The notes under the pieces were generated by a model that saw nothing but the letters and a program-made list of their open reading frames with translations, made no database searches and was not told the DNA's origin. Both the position numbers and the translations under genes were made by a program. 54,578 nt of DNA from a candidate division WOR-3 bacterium (GTDB lineage Bacteria > Hydrothermota > Tepidihabitantia > SM23-42 > JAOAFX01). Every line of letters starts with the position of its first letter. The stretch's first letter is position 1. The stretch covers positions 1 to 54,578 of the forward strand of contig JBBILZ010000008.1 of NCBI GenBank assembly GCA_037444665.1, in the 5' to 3' direction. Positions 17,427 to 27,656 of the stretch are shown here, in pieces.

Positions 17427-20324
17427 ATGAAAAATATTTTACTCTGTTTATTAATAGTAGGAATTGTGGGTATTGCCGAAGCAAAGGCATTGATTGACCC
17501 ACAATTGAACGATGTCATTGCCAGAACAAGGGGAGATGAGCAGATAGAGATTATGATTGTCCTAAATGAACAATCAGATGAAGATTATCTGCGTAATCTT
17601 GTTGCTGACCTGCCCCGTCGCGAGCAGAGATATCCAGTGGTAAATTACCTGAAAGACCTTTCTGCAAGAACCCAGGAACCACTTATAAACTATCTTACAT
17701 TGCAAACAGCAGCCAACAGAGCCTCTGAGGTTGAGTCGTTCTGGATTATCAATGCAGTTTACTGTAAGGCGACGATTGATGTATTGAACGAGATAGCTAA
17801 TATGGAGAATGTAGCATTTATAACATATCCATATATTGTAAGTGAGAACATACTTCTAACTTATGGAAATCCTGTGCCTGTTGACATCCTTGATTACCGA
17901 ACAAAAGAATGGAATATCGTCAAGGTCGCAGCAGATTCTTGTTGGGCTGCCGGCTATAAAGGACAGGGTGTGATTGTCGGAATCATTGATACAGGTGTCA
18001 ATTATAACCATCTTGACCTGATTAACCATATGTGGAATGATCCCAATTACCCAAATCACGGCTGGAATTTTGAAAATAATAATAACAATCCCATAGATGC
18101 CCAAGGCCATGGCACACATTGTGCAGGAACGATCGCCTCTGATGGTTCTGCAGGTGATTCCTGTGGAATGGCACCGCAGTGCTCAATTATGGTCTGCAGG
18201 GTAAAAACATCACTTGCCTATCCACTGCCCGATACCATCGCAGAGAAGAATCTTCTTGACGCAATGCAGTTTGTTATTTCTCCACCACTCTCACCAACCC
18301 ATGGCGCAGATGTCGTTTCAATGTCCTTAGGCTGGTTTGTTGCATGGACACCAAGAAGGAGTGTATGGCGTAAGAGTGTGACTAATGTGGCACTTGCTGG
18401 TATTCCATATTTCATTGCGGCTGGGAATGAGCGAAGTTATGCCGGTAGTTACTGTCCAGTCCCATATAATCTGCGCTCTCCTGGTGATGTTCCACCACCA
18501 TGGCACCACCCATCAGAAGTGCAGGGAAGGCTTGCTGGTGCTATCTCTATTGCTGCGACTGACAATGCTGACGTCCTTGCAACTTTCTCTTCCTGTGGCC
18601 CTTCTTGCTGGGAACATGCACCCTGGTACTGGGACTATCCATTCAGACCAGGACCAGGTATTTTGAAACCTGATATGGCTGCTCCGGGAGTAAGTATTGT
18701 TTCTTGTTCCTACAGCAATAATAGCGGATATGTCAGTATGAGCGGCACATCAATGGCAACACCCCACTGTGCTGGTCTCGCCGCATTATTGTTATCCAAG
18801 AATCCCAATCTCACAGTTGCCCAGATTGATAGTATTATGCAGTTCACAGCACTTGATTTGGGAACTGCTGGAAAAGATACGATGTATGGCGCAGGTAGAA
18901 TTCGGGCAAAGAGGGCAATTGATTTTACACCTGCCTCAGGTTCATTGCCCGATTTGCGCCTTGCTGAATTTGGTACAGTTGTGCTTGACCCTCCACCAAA
19001 TGGCACAAATAATGGATTTTTTGAACCTTCAGAAATTATTACACTGGTTGATACAATAATCAATCTTGGCACTGCAACTGCGACCAATGTGTCTGGTAAA
19101 CTTAGAACAACGAACACCCATATAACAATTCTTGATTCTACTGCAAATTTTGGCGATATCAATCCCAAGGCAAAAGGCAATAATAGTGCAGACCCATTCG
19201 TGCTCCAGGCAGATACATTGATTCAATTGGGCACGCTCGTGCCGTTTGAACTTGAATTGACTGCAGGTACCTATACAAGAAAGGTATATTATCAATTAAG
19301 AATGGGTTCTATTTTTGGTCCTGACAGTGCGGGTTATTTTGCCCTTGACAATACTGATAATCTTTATACCGAAGCACCAGTATACAACTGGATTGAGATC
19401 AACCCCAATTATGGAGGTTCGGGAACTTCTATTGGCACTGGTGGTCCAATGGTTACGCGCAGAATACGTTCTCCCATTGTAATCAGGCATTATGCCAAAC
19501 GACTCGGTAATACAACCAATGATAGTATTTCAGTCTGTTCAAATGGCTGGATATGCTTTGGCAGGCAGACCATCACTGTCCAACACAATAGTATCCTGCC
19601 AAAGGTATATGACTATGGCTCACAGACTTCAGCACCAAATATGGTCGCAGCATTCTGGGATACATTGAACACTGGTTCCACTGGTAGTACCTGGTGGTAT
19701 TATAATGATGCGGCAAATCATCGTTTCATTATCCAATATGATTCGGTCACTGGCTCAGCAAATAATAGATTGACCTTCCAGATTATTGTTTACGACTCCA
19801 CACTTGCGGGACCAGGATTGAAGAATGATATCGTGATTCAGTATAAGCGGGTAACAGAGCCTACTACAAGCTGCACCATTGGTCAGCAGGATTCGCTCAA
19901 AAAGTATGGTTTATGTTATCTCTTTAATAAGATGTATGATACAGGTGCAGCACCACTTGTTAGTGGCAGGGCAATCAAATTCACAACAAAACAACCGCGG
20001 ATGATTGGTTGGGTTGGCACACGGGAGTTCAATGGTTATATAGAACCAGGGTTAAAGCGTATCAGCCTTGCACCAAATCCGGCAAGAAATTCAATAAATA
20101 TTTATTACACAGTTGATAAAAAAGCCAAGGTGGTGCTCAAAGCATACAACACAGTCGGACAGGTTGTGCGCACTATCATAGATGAAATAAAGACTCCAGG
20201 TGTTTATTCTATGAGATGGAATGGTACTGATGACCTCGGTCGTGAAGTCGCATCTGGTGTCTATTTCTTTAAACTCCAGATTGAGGATAAGTCTTATAGC
20301 GCACGCGGAATTCTGTTGAGATAG
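17427..20324 (+). CDS. Secreted S8 subtilisin-like peptidase with FlgD-Ig/T9SS-like C-terminal domain
   Basis: Signal peptide and prodomain; IDTG, HGTHCAG, AAGN, GTSMATPH; tail PNP...WNGTDD.G..VASGVYF. Confidence 0.9.
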   Translation: MKNILLCLLIVGIVGIAEAKALIDPQLNDVIARTRGDEQIEIMIVLNEQSDEDYLRNLVADLPRREQRYPVVNYLKDLSARTQEPLINYLTLQTAANRASEVESFWIINAVYCKATIDVLNEIANMENVAFITYPYIVSENILLTYGNPVPVDILDYRTKEWNIVKVAADSCWAAGYKGQGVIVGIIDTGVNYNHLDLINHMWNDPNYPNHGWNFENNNNNPIDAQGHGTHCAGTIASDGSAGDSCGMAPQCSIMVCRVKTSLAYPLPDTIAEKNLLDAMQFVISPPLSPTHGADVVSMSLGWFVAWTPRRSVWRKSVTNVALAGIPYFIAAGNERSYAGSYCPVPYNLRSPGDVPPPWHHPSEVQGRLAGAISIAATDNADVLATFSSCGPSCWEHAPWYWDYPFRPGPGILKPDMAAPGVSIVSCSYSNNSGYVSMSGTSMATPHCAGLAALLLSKNPNLTVAQIDSIMQFTALDLGTAGKDTMYGAGRIRAKRAIDFTPASGSLPDLRLAEFGTVVLDPPPNGTNNGFFEPSEIITLVDTIINLGTATATNVSGKLRTTNTHITILDSTANFGDINPKAKGNNSADPFVLQADTLIQLGTLVPFELELTAGTYTRKVYYQLRMGSIFGPDSAGYFALDNTDNLYTEAPVYNWIEINPNYGGSGTSIGTGGPMVTRRIRSPIVIRHYAKRLGNTTNDSISVCSNGWICFGRQTITVQHNSILPKVYDYGSQTSAPNMVAAFWDTLNTGSTGSTWWYYNDAANHRFIIQYDSVTGSANNRLTFQIIVYDSTLAGPGLKNDIVIQYKRVTEPTTSCTIGQQDSLKKYGLCYLFNKMYDTGAAPLVSGRAIKFTTKQPRMIGWVGTREFNGYIEPGLKRISLAPNPARNSINIYYTVDKKAKVVLKAYNTVGQVVRTIIDEIKTPGVYSMRWNGTDDLGREVASGVYFFKLQIEDKSYSARGILLR

Positions 20325-20333
20325 GGATAAGAA

Positions 20334-20368
20334 AAGGGGGTGGTTTCTCCACCCCCTTGATTTTTTTT
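20334..20368 (+). terminator. Intrinsic terminator after S8 peptidase
   Basis: AAGGGGGTGG-TTTCT-CCACCCCCTT then T-run. Confidence 0.8.
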
Positions 20369-20402
20369 AAAAGTTTATTATAATTGTAATAAGGAGGTTT
20401 TA

Positions 20403-22337
20403 ATGAAGGGATTCTTTAAAGGTTTAAGTCTCATTACCCTTCTGTTCGTGCTCGGTTTTTCGTCCAATAAGATGGAGGTATGGGTCTATTATACAGACCC
20501 TGATGAACTCTTCTCTAAGATGGCTGAACTCTTTGGTGAACTTGACATCTGCACGGTCAAGGAAGCAGGGGATGGTGAATATTATCTTGTTATCAATACT
20601 ACCCAGGAACAACTTGAACAAATTCAGGCAAAGGGTTTTAAGACCAGAATAACCTATGAAGATATCGCAGAGAAGTTTTATGAGATGGCAGGGAGTAGAG
20701 ACCCACAGATATTGCGTGATTTTGGCTATTTTTACACCTACTGGGAGATGCGCGATACACTCCAGACACTCGCCAATTCGTTTCCTGCGATTACAAGGTT
20801 TTATAGTGCGGGCACTTCATATCAGAATTTGAACCTGTATGTCTTTAAGATTTCTGATAATCCTGATGTTGAAGAGAGGGAACCAGCAGTCTGTTTTAAT
20901 GGTGCAACACATGCCCGTGAACCAATGGGAACGACCCTTTGTATTGATTATATCAAATATCTTCTTACAAATTATGGCACAGATTCGCTCGTAACCTGGT
21001 TTGTGAATAATCGGGAAATATATATTCTGCCCGTGATGAATCCAGATGGTTATCGTTATAATTCTGATTCTGGTGGAGCAACTTCTAATATAAGGAAGAA
21101 CCGCCATTTTTACTCAGGCCAGAGTTCATCAACTGCAGGTGTTGATTTGAATCGTAATTATGGTTATAAATGGGGATATGATGATATAGGTTCAAGCCCC
21201 AATGTGACCTATGAGACCTATCGCGGTCCTTCTCGTTTTTCTGAACTTGAAACACAGATAGCACGGGATGTGTTCTTGCCTAAAAAGATAAGGACCCAGA
21301 TTGATTACCATTCTTATGGTTCTTATAATCTATGTGTCTGGGGTTATTCAAGCACTGCTGAGCCGATACCCGATTCAATTACCCAGTGGGAAGTCCTTGA
21401 TTCAATGCGGGCAAAGAATGGGTATTCTGCGAGCAGGACTGGTCCTATTGCCCGTGTTCTTTATCGTGCTAATGGCGGTAGCATAGAATGGGAGGTCAAG
21501 GATACACTACATAATGGTGTGCCCAAGTTTGTAACATATGCGTATACCATTGAAACAAACCAGACAGATTTCTGGCAGGGATATAATAATTATTCAGTAA
21601 TTCAGAACAATATCAACCAGTGCAGACCAGTGAATATCTATTTTACCAAGATTGCTGGTGTATTCTTTGACAACCTTGTGCCAAGGGTGGCAGATACTAC
21701 ATTGGGTAATGGCACAGGACAACTTGACCCCAATGAGACATCCCATCTATGGATGAGTATAAGAAATCGTGCGATTCATCCCCTTGATTCTGCCTATAAT
21801 ATCACTGCCCAACTTATCTCCCTTGATACCCAGATTGTAGTACAGGGTGGAAGTGCTACATTTCCAAAGATATATCGCAAGGCTACAGGTAATAATAGTA
21901 GTTCACGTTTCCTCATCCATTGCAGTCCCAATGCCGTGCCAGGAGCAGTAAAGCAATTGAGATTGCTTTTGACTTTTAAAGATGACACCTGCACCATTAG
22001 CCAGGGGATAAACTTCTCACTCACGATTGGAAATAACCCGGTAGGAATTGCTGAATCTGAAAAAGACCATAAAACACAATCAATGGTCAGGGTATTAAAA
22101 AATCCTGCAAAGGGTCTGGTTGAATTTGAATTTGGTCAACTACCTGAGAATGATGGAGTTTTGAGTGTGTATGATGCAAGTGGAAGAATGGTCAAGAGCT
22201 TTGAAAAACCCGGGCAAAGGATTATATGGAATGGCATTGACCAGGCAGGTATGAAAATTGAATCAGGGGTCTATTTTTACATCTACAAGATTAAAGATGG
22301 TGTGAAAACAGGAAAGTTTGTCCTGATTACAGATTAA
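20403..22337 (+). CDS. Secreted M14 zinc carboxypeptidase (carboxypeptidase T-like) with FlgD/T9SS-like tail
   Basis: HARE, NPDG, RKNR, GVDLNRNY, FSELET, DYHSY; tail YDASGR..WNG.D..G...SGVYFY. Confidence 0.9.
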   Translation: MKGFFKGLSLITLLFVLGFSSNKMEVWVYYTDPDELFSKMAELFGELDICTVKEAGDGEYYLVINTTQEQLEQIQAKGFKTRITYEDIAEKFYEMAGSRDPQILRDFGYFYTYWEMRDTLQTLANSFPAITRFYSAGTSYQNLNLYVFKISDNPDVEEREPAVCFNGATHAREPMGTTLCIDYIKYLLTNYGTDSLVTWFVNNREIYILPVMNPDGYRYNSDSGGATSNIRKNRHFYSGQSSSTAGVDLNRNYGYKWGYDDIGSSPNVTYETYRGPSRFSELETQIARDVFLPKKIRTQIDYHSYGSYNLCVWGYSSTAEPIPDSITQWEVLDSMRAKNGYSASRTGPIARVLYRANGGSIEWEVKDTLHNGVPKFVTYAYTIETNQTDFWQGYNNYSVIQNNINQCRPVNIYFTKIAGVFFDNLVPRVADTTLGNGTGQLDPNETSHLWMSIRNRAIHPLDSAYNITAQLISLDTQIVVQGGSATFPKIYRKATGNNSSSRFLIHCSPNAVPGAVKQLRLLLTFKDDTCTISQGINFSLTIGNNPVGIAESEKDHKTQSMVRVLKNPAKGLVEFEFGQLPENDGVLSVYDASGRMVKSFEKPGQRIIWNGIDQAGMKIESGVYFYIYKIKDGVKTGKFVLITD

Positions 22338-22371
22338 AAAATAATAAGATTATTGCTGGGCCACAATATCG

Positions 22372-23874
22372 CTATTGCTCGTTCTGGTTCTTCTTGTGTA
22401 AAAGTCTTGATAAGTATGTAGGTTGAATCTTTAATATTTTACTTGCCTTTCTCTGGTTACCGCCACACTTCTTTATGGTTTCTTTAATATATCTCATTTT
22501 GAACTCTTCAACAGCATCTTTTAAACTTTTATCATAGGTCATTGGCAACTCAATAGGTGCAGAGGAAAGCATTAACGCCTCAGGTTTTATGGTATCAGCA
22601 TTTGTAAGAACCACTGCCCTTTCAATGACATTCTGCAGTTCACGGACATTTCCGGGCCAGGGATAATTCATCAATCTTTCAATAACTTCATCAGAAAATT
22701 TTTTAATATCTTTATTCATCTGCTTTGAATAGTATCCTAAAAAGTGCTCGGCAAGGATAACAATATCATCTTTACGGTCACGCAACGGAGGAACATATAT
22801 GGGAAAAACATTGAGCCGGTAAAAAAGGTCTTCACGAAATAACTTCTGTTTTATCTTTTCCTCAAGGTTTTGGTTGGTTGCGGCAATCACACGCACATCA
22901 ACCTTTATTGTTTTTGTGCTTCCTAACCGTTCAAATTCCCTTTCCTGTAATACCCGCAATAGTTTACTCTGGGTTTCTGGCAGCAGGTCACCAATCTCAT
23001 CAAGGAAGATAGTTCCTTGATTAGCGAGTTCAAATCTTCCTTTATGCTGGGTTAGTGCACCGGTAAATGCTCCTTTTTCATAACCGAACAACTCACTTTC
23101 TAATAGTGTTGATGGTATTGCTGCACAGCTCACTGCAATGAATGGCTTATCCCTTCTTAAACTCAGGCGATGGATATATCTTGCAATCAATTCTTTACCT
23201 GTTCCATTTTCGCCGAGAATAAGGACTGAGGCATTGCTCTGGGCAACCTTTTCTGCAAGGTTAATAACATTTTTGAATTGCTCACTGCGACCAATGATTG
23301 CATAGCGGGAATCTATTTCATCTTTAAGTAAATCTTTATATTCGTGAATCCTTAAATGATACTGGGCGTTCTGAATGACCTGGGCAGATTGATATGCGAT
23401 GAGCAGTATCAGATTTTTATCCTCCTCGGTCCATGCCTCCTTGTCTTTTTTATTGAGCACCTCAATGACGCCGATAGTTTTTCCTGAGATTATGAGTGGG
23501 GCAGCGATTATGGAACGGGTTATAAAGCCCGTAGATTTATCAATCTTTGCATAGAAGTCCTTGTCTTTTGCTGTATCATTGACAATTTTCGGTTTGCCTT
23601 CACGCACACAGGCGCCAGCAATGCCTTTATCAAGAGGAACAGTCAAATTTTTCAATCGTTCAGAGACTTCGCCAGAGACACTGGCAAAATATAGTTCATT
23701 GGTCGTTTCATCAAGCAGTAGTAAAGAACTTGCTTCAGCCTTGAGCAGATTTTTGGCACTTTCAATAATAATATCAAGAATCTTTGTCAATTCAAGTGTA
23801 GAACTCAGGGAACTTGCCATTTCAAAGAGGACTTCCAGCTGTTCCCTGCCAATCTTTCTAATTATGCTTTCCAT
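22372..23874 (-). CDS. GAF-domain sigma54 enhancer-binding protein (NifA/FhlA-like)
   Basis: N-terminal GAF, GENGTGKE, ESELFGYEKGAFTGA, FLDEIG, WPGNVRELQN, C-terminal HTH. Confidence 0.9.
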   Translation of the reverse strand: MESIIRKIGREQLEVLFEMASSLSSTLELTKILDIIIESAKNLLKAEASSLLLLDETTNELYFASVSGEVSERLKNLTVPLDKGIAGACVREGKPKIVNDTAKDKDFYAKIDKSTGFITRSIIAAPLIISGKTIGVIEVLNKKDKEAWTEEDKNLILLIAYQSAQVIQNAQYHLRIHEYKDLLKDEIDSRYAIIGRSEQFKNVINLAEKVAQSNASVLILGENGTGKELIARYIHRLSLRRDKPFIAVSCAAIPSTLLESELFGYEKGAFTGALTQHKGRFELANQGTIFLDEIGDLLPETQSKLLRVLQEREFERLGSTKTIKVDVRVIAATNQNLEEKIKQKLFREDLFYRLNVFPIYVPPLRDRKDDIVILAEHFLGYYSKQMNKDIKKFSDEVIERLMNYPWPGNVRELQNVIERAVVLTNADTIKPEALMLSSAPIELPMTYDKSLKDAVEEFKMRYIKETIKKCGGNQRKASKILKIQPTYLSRLLHKKNQNEQ

Positions 23875-23924
23875 AGTTTATTATAACCCAAAAACCTGCT
23901 TCGTCAAGAAATATCATAAGTTTT

Positions 23925-24003
23925 CCTCTCCACTTTTTTGTTTTAGTTAGAGATGAAATCATCCCTCAACAAATTGTAGCTGCCCGATTTATCGGGCATA
24001 GAA
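23925..24003. repeat. Family B element fragment (left end plus one REP)
   Basis: CTCTCCACTTTT then TGTAGCTGCCCGATTTATCGGGCATAGAA (from 23975), near-identical to 17125-17153. Confidence 0.7.
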
Positions 24004-24041
24004 TATCTTGACAATAGTTAATATTTAGATATATTTACTAT

Positions 24042-25112
24042 ATGAAAAGATTAATTTTGTTCTTATTTGTCGTTTTTTTTGGTTGTAATAAATTACCCCT
24101 GGGTGAAGAAGAACTCAATGAGCGTGGTAATTTTGAACCCAATACCATTGATTTAGAGTTATATACATCCTTTACTGATTCAAAAATAATACCGCTCGGC
24201 ACATCACAGAGTCTTATTCTTGGCAAAAATGAAAAGTATCAAGCTCGTATTATTTTAAATTTTAATTTTTCTGATACAAGCAGTCAGGGTTACGACCAGA
24301 TAAAATTAATAATTTTCAAAAATAAGAGTTTCAACAATGATACACTTCGTTTTAGCACCCATATTTTAACCAATGAATTTTCCGAGATTGAGGCAACCTG
24401 GTATAAAAGAAATGAAAATGACCTGTGGACAAATCCAGGCGGAGATTTTGAAACGGATTCTTTGAGATGGGGTGAGATAAAGGCTGATTCTTGTGTGGTC
24501 TGGTTCAATTATATTGATTTAAATAAGATAAGAAATAGTAAAGGTATAATTCTTATTCCGCAGGATACGGGTTTTTGCAGTTTTTATGCAAGGGAGTCTG
24601 GTAAACCACCATTGTTCTATCTCGTAAAAAATGGAGCGGTCACATCAATTCCAATCAAAGCAGACTGCCATATTCTTAAGATTGATACCCTGCCGCATTA
24701 CTGGGAGAATTGGTTGGGTAGTGGTGTTGCATTCCGAAATTATGTAAAGTTTGTCTATGACACACTGCTCAATGATACAAGGGCGATATATGGAGCGATA
24801 ACATTTAAGGCAAAAAACCATTATGGATTGCGGGACTCAATAGAGATTGGCATTAAACCTTTAACAAAACCATATTCAGGTTTTGATACAGAACTCGGTC
24901 CGCAGATTGCCCTAAAGAAATTTAGCCTTGCTGACACAATGTTTACCCTTGATATTGTGCAGTATGTGCAGAAGATTATAGAGTATCCTGATTCTAATTT
25001 TGGAATGTTTATATATATTTCGCCTGAGAATTATGGGATTGCCAATATTGAGTTGGTAAGTGGTTCACATAAACTGAATGTGGGTTATATTGAGCCACCA
25101 GAACAGAGATAA
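24042..25112 (+). CDS. Lipoprotein (DNRLRE/DUF4270-like)
   Basis: Lipobox FFGC; EATW...WTNPGGDF motif; beta-rich. Confidence 0.6.
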   Translation: MKRLILFLFVVFFGCNKLPLGEEELNERGNFEPNTIDLELYTSFTDSKIIPLGTSQSLILGKNEKYQARIILNFNFSDTSSQGYDQIKLIIFKNKSFNNDTLRFSTHILTNEFSEIEATWYKRNENDLWTNPGGDFETDSLRWGEIKADSCVVWFNYIDLNKIRNSKGIILIPQDTGFCSFYARESGKPPLFYLVKNGAVTSIPIKADCHILKIDTLPHYWENWLGSGVAFRNYVKFVYDTLLNDTRAIYGAITFKAKNHYGLRDSIEIGIKPLTKPYSGFDTELGPQIALKKFSLADTMFTLDIVQYVQKIIEYPDSNFGMFIYISPENYGIANIELVSGSHKLNVGYIEPPEQR

Positions 25113-25124
25113 ACAGGAGAAATT

Positions 25125-26051
25125 ATGGCTTTGATACTATTAATCGTTATCAATGCATCGGTTTTTTCTATAGAAGGACTGGGACAAGAACAGGCAATCT
25201 TCCAAACACCTTTTTTAGGTCAAAGGACTCTGGCGCGAATTGAATTTTATTTGCGACCCGAATTTAATCTTCTGAATAAGGAAAAGGATTTTCGCGGACT
25301 ATTCTGGACAAACCCATTCTATTTGAATATGGAAATTCCAATTTATCAAGGGATGGTTTTTTCATTGGGGAGTCGTGAGCGGTTCAATCAATCATTTGAT
25401 ATCTATGGTGAGGCACAGGATTTAGATATGTATGTTCAGTCCAGAGGAGGTGTTGAAGAAATTTATTGTCAATTGAACCAGCGATTGAATATTGTTGAAT
25501 TCTTTTTCAGAGGTTCTTATCTTTATGGAAATTCAAGAGAAATATGGAGATACACAATTGGTGACTATTCAATTGCTGACACATTTTTCTATAAGCATAA
25601 AGGTCAAGTATTCTGTGCCGGATTAAAATTATTTATGATTTCTGCTTTTTTTGAAGGTCTGGGCAGTCTGGTTATGGAAAAGTCTGTATCTGATACCACC
25701 TATGACTTGCCGCAGGTTTTAAGTTTTGGGCTGGAGCATAAATTCTCTGAATGGAAATTTTCAGCAATATTTGAACATTCTTTCTGGAATAATGGGAACA
25801 AAGTAAACAGAATAAAAGGAACAGCAGAAAAGAAAAAATTCGGTCTTTCTTATGCGTATAATCCCTGGTATATTGATAATGTGCAGGAACATCTCTTAAC
25901 AGTTTCTCTAAAAATACCTCTAACAAATTTTGCAATGCTCACTTTGAATTCTGATACCGGGGTCAGGCTAAAGGGTTCATTAAGAGAATTTGTATTTTTA
26001 CCTGGGTTCAGACTGACCCTTGAAGAAATCTTTGCCAGAAGAAAGAAATAG
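25125..26051 (+). CDS. Probable outer-membrane beta-barrel protein
   Basis: Short signal peptide, amphipathic aromatic beta-strand pattern. Confidence 0.5.
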   Translation: MALILLIVINASVFSIEGLGQEQAIFQTPFLGQRTLARIEFYLRPEFNLLNKEKDFRGLFWTNPFYLNMEIPIYQGMVFSLGSRERFNQSFDIYGEAQDLDMYVQSRGGVEEIYCQLNQRLNIVEFFFRGSYLYGNSREIWRYTIGDYSIADTFFYKHKGQVFCAGLKLFMISAFFEGLGSLVMEKSVSDTTYDLPQVLSFGLEHKFSEWKFSAIFEHSFWNNGNKVNRIKGTAEKKKFGLSYAYNPWYIDNVQEHLLTVSLKIPLTNFAMLTLNSDTGVRLKGSLREFVFLPGFRLTLEEIFARRKK

Positions 26052-26137
26052 TTTGATTAAATGGTAATTGGTTAAATGATTAAATTCTGTAATAAGTTCA
26101 GCGTTTTTGGCGTAGTCTGCGCGTTTTTTCCGTTTCT

Positions 26138-27376
26138 ATGAAGCCTAAAATTTTATTACTTGATGATGAAGAAAGCTTATTAAAATGGCTTTCTTATGCA
26201 TTGGAGGAAAATGGTTATGAAGTATATGCCACTACTGAACCCACGAGTGCATTAACTCAGTTAAAATCAGAAAGATTTGATTGTGTAATCAGCGATATCA
26301 GGATGCCCGGTATGGATGGATTTCAGTTCTTAAGAAATGTGCGTGGAATCTATCCTGACCTTCCTGTTATCTTCATAACTGCATACGGTTCAATGGAATC
26401 AGTAATCAATGCCCTGCGTGACCGTGCGAGTGATTATATAATGAAACCATTTGGTATTGATGAAATACTCAAGCGCTTAAAGGCAAATCTCAAAAAAAGA
26501 GAAGAAAAGTCCGTGGAGATTATTGGTGAGAGTAAGGTGATGGAGAATATATTAAATCTTGTGAATAAGATTGCGATAACTGATACCACTATTTTGATAC
26601 TTGGTGAATCAGGTACAGGTAAAGAACTCATTGCCCGAGAAATCCACAGGCGGTCAAAGCGGGCAAATAACAATTTTGTTACAATTTCCTGCGCGGCACT
26701 TCCTGAGACACTGCTTGAGAGCGAATTATTTGGTTATAAAAAAGGTGCATTTACTGGTGCAAATACAGATAAGGATGGATTGTTCGTTGTTGCGGATAAA
26801 GGGAGTTTTTTCCTTGATGAGATTGGAGATGCACCGGGTTCAATCCAGATGAAGATTTTACGGTTATTAGAAGAAAGGGAGATTGTGCCATTGGGTGGGA
26901 CAAAACCAGTAAAGGTGGATGTGCGATTGATTGCCGCAACAAATAAAGACCTGTATGAAGAAGTGAAACAGAATAGATTCAGAGAAGACCTTTATTACCG
27001 ATTGAATGTTATTCCAATCACCCTGCCTCCATTGAGACAGAGAAAAGAAGATATCCCTTTGCTCGCTGAGTATTTTCTGAAATCCATTTGTGAACGGGAA
27101 CATCTTGGTGAGAAAAAATTATTAAAATCAACAATTGAAGCCTTGAAATCTTATCACTGGCCCGGAAATGTTCGTGAGTTAAAACATGTGATTGAAAGGG
27201 CAGCAGTGCTTGCTGATACTTTTTATATTAAGCCCGAGCATATTAGTTTGTCAGAGAGCAAGGGTAAAACTTTAAAGCAGATAGAATACGAAGAGATTAA
27301 GAGGGTGTTAAAAGAGTGTGATGGGAATATAAGCAAGGCAGCAAAAAAGCAAGGCAGCAAAATTATTGGGTGTTGA
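26138..27376 (+). CDS. NtrC/PilR-type sigma54 response regulator; Fis HTH disrupted by 16-bp duplication (intact frame would end at 27416)
   Basis: Receiver (LLDDE, SDIRMPGMDG, ITAYG, KPF), GESGTGKE, GAFTGA, WPGNVRELK; directly upstream of sigma54 promoter and pilin. Confidence 0.88.
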   Translation: MKPKILLLDDEESLLKWLSYALEENGYEVYATTEPTSALTQLKSERFDCVISDIRMPGMDGFQFLRNVRGIYPDLPVIFITAYGSMESVINALRDRASDYIMKPFGIDEILKRLKANLKKREEKSVEIIGESKVMENILNLVNKIAITDTTILILGESGTGKELIAREIHRRSKRANNNFVTISCAALPETLLESELFGYKKGAFTGANTDKDGLFVVADKGSFFLDEIGDAPGSIQMKILRLLEEREIVPLGGTKPVKVDVRLIAATNKDLYEEVKQNRFREDLYYRLNVIPITLPPLRQRKEDIPLLAEYFLKSICEREHLGEKKLLKSTIEALKSYHWPGNVRELKHVIERAAVLADTFYIKPEHISLSESKGKTLKQIEYEEIKRVLKECDGNISKAAKKQGSKIIGC

Positions 27377-27451
27377 CCGTAAGACCCTATATAATCGGCT
27401 CCGTTCAAAAAAATGAAGGGTCTATTCAAATTTTTCAATACGAGACTTAAG

Positions 27452-27487
27452 TGTAGAAATTTTCCACAATTAAAATAGATTTCCACA
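27452..27487. promoter_or_regulatory. Putative upstream activator sites for the bEBP
   Basis: TGTAGAAATTTTCCACA (TGT-N11-ACA) plus a second TTTCCACA half-site, about 50-85 bp upstream of the -24 element. Confidence 0.45.
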
Positions 27488-27537
27488 CTTCAGAAATAAA
27501 AATTTAATGAAAAATCATAGGATTTTTAGGATAGACC

Positions 27538-27553
27538 TGGCACGGTTTTTGCA
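27538..27553 (+). promoter_or_regulatory. Sigma54 -24/-12 promoter for pilin locus
   Basis: TGGCAC-GGTTT-TTGCA, exact consensus. Confidence 0.85.
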
Positions 27554-27656
27554 TATAATTTAAACGGGGCAGTAAAAGGCTAAAAATGGCTCAACTGGGC
27601 CAAGAAGAGATATTATACTCAAGGGTGGAACACCTTGAGCTGGTCTTTGACAAAAC

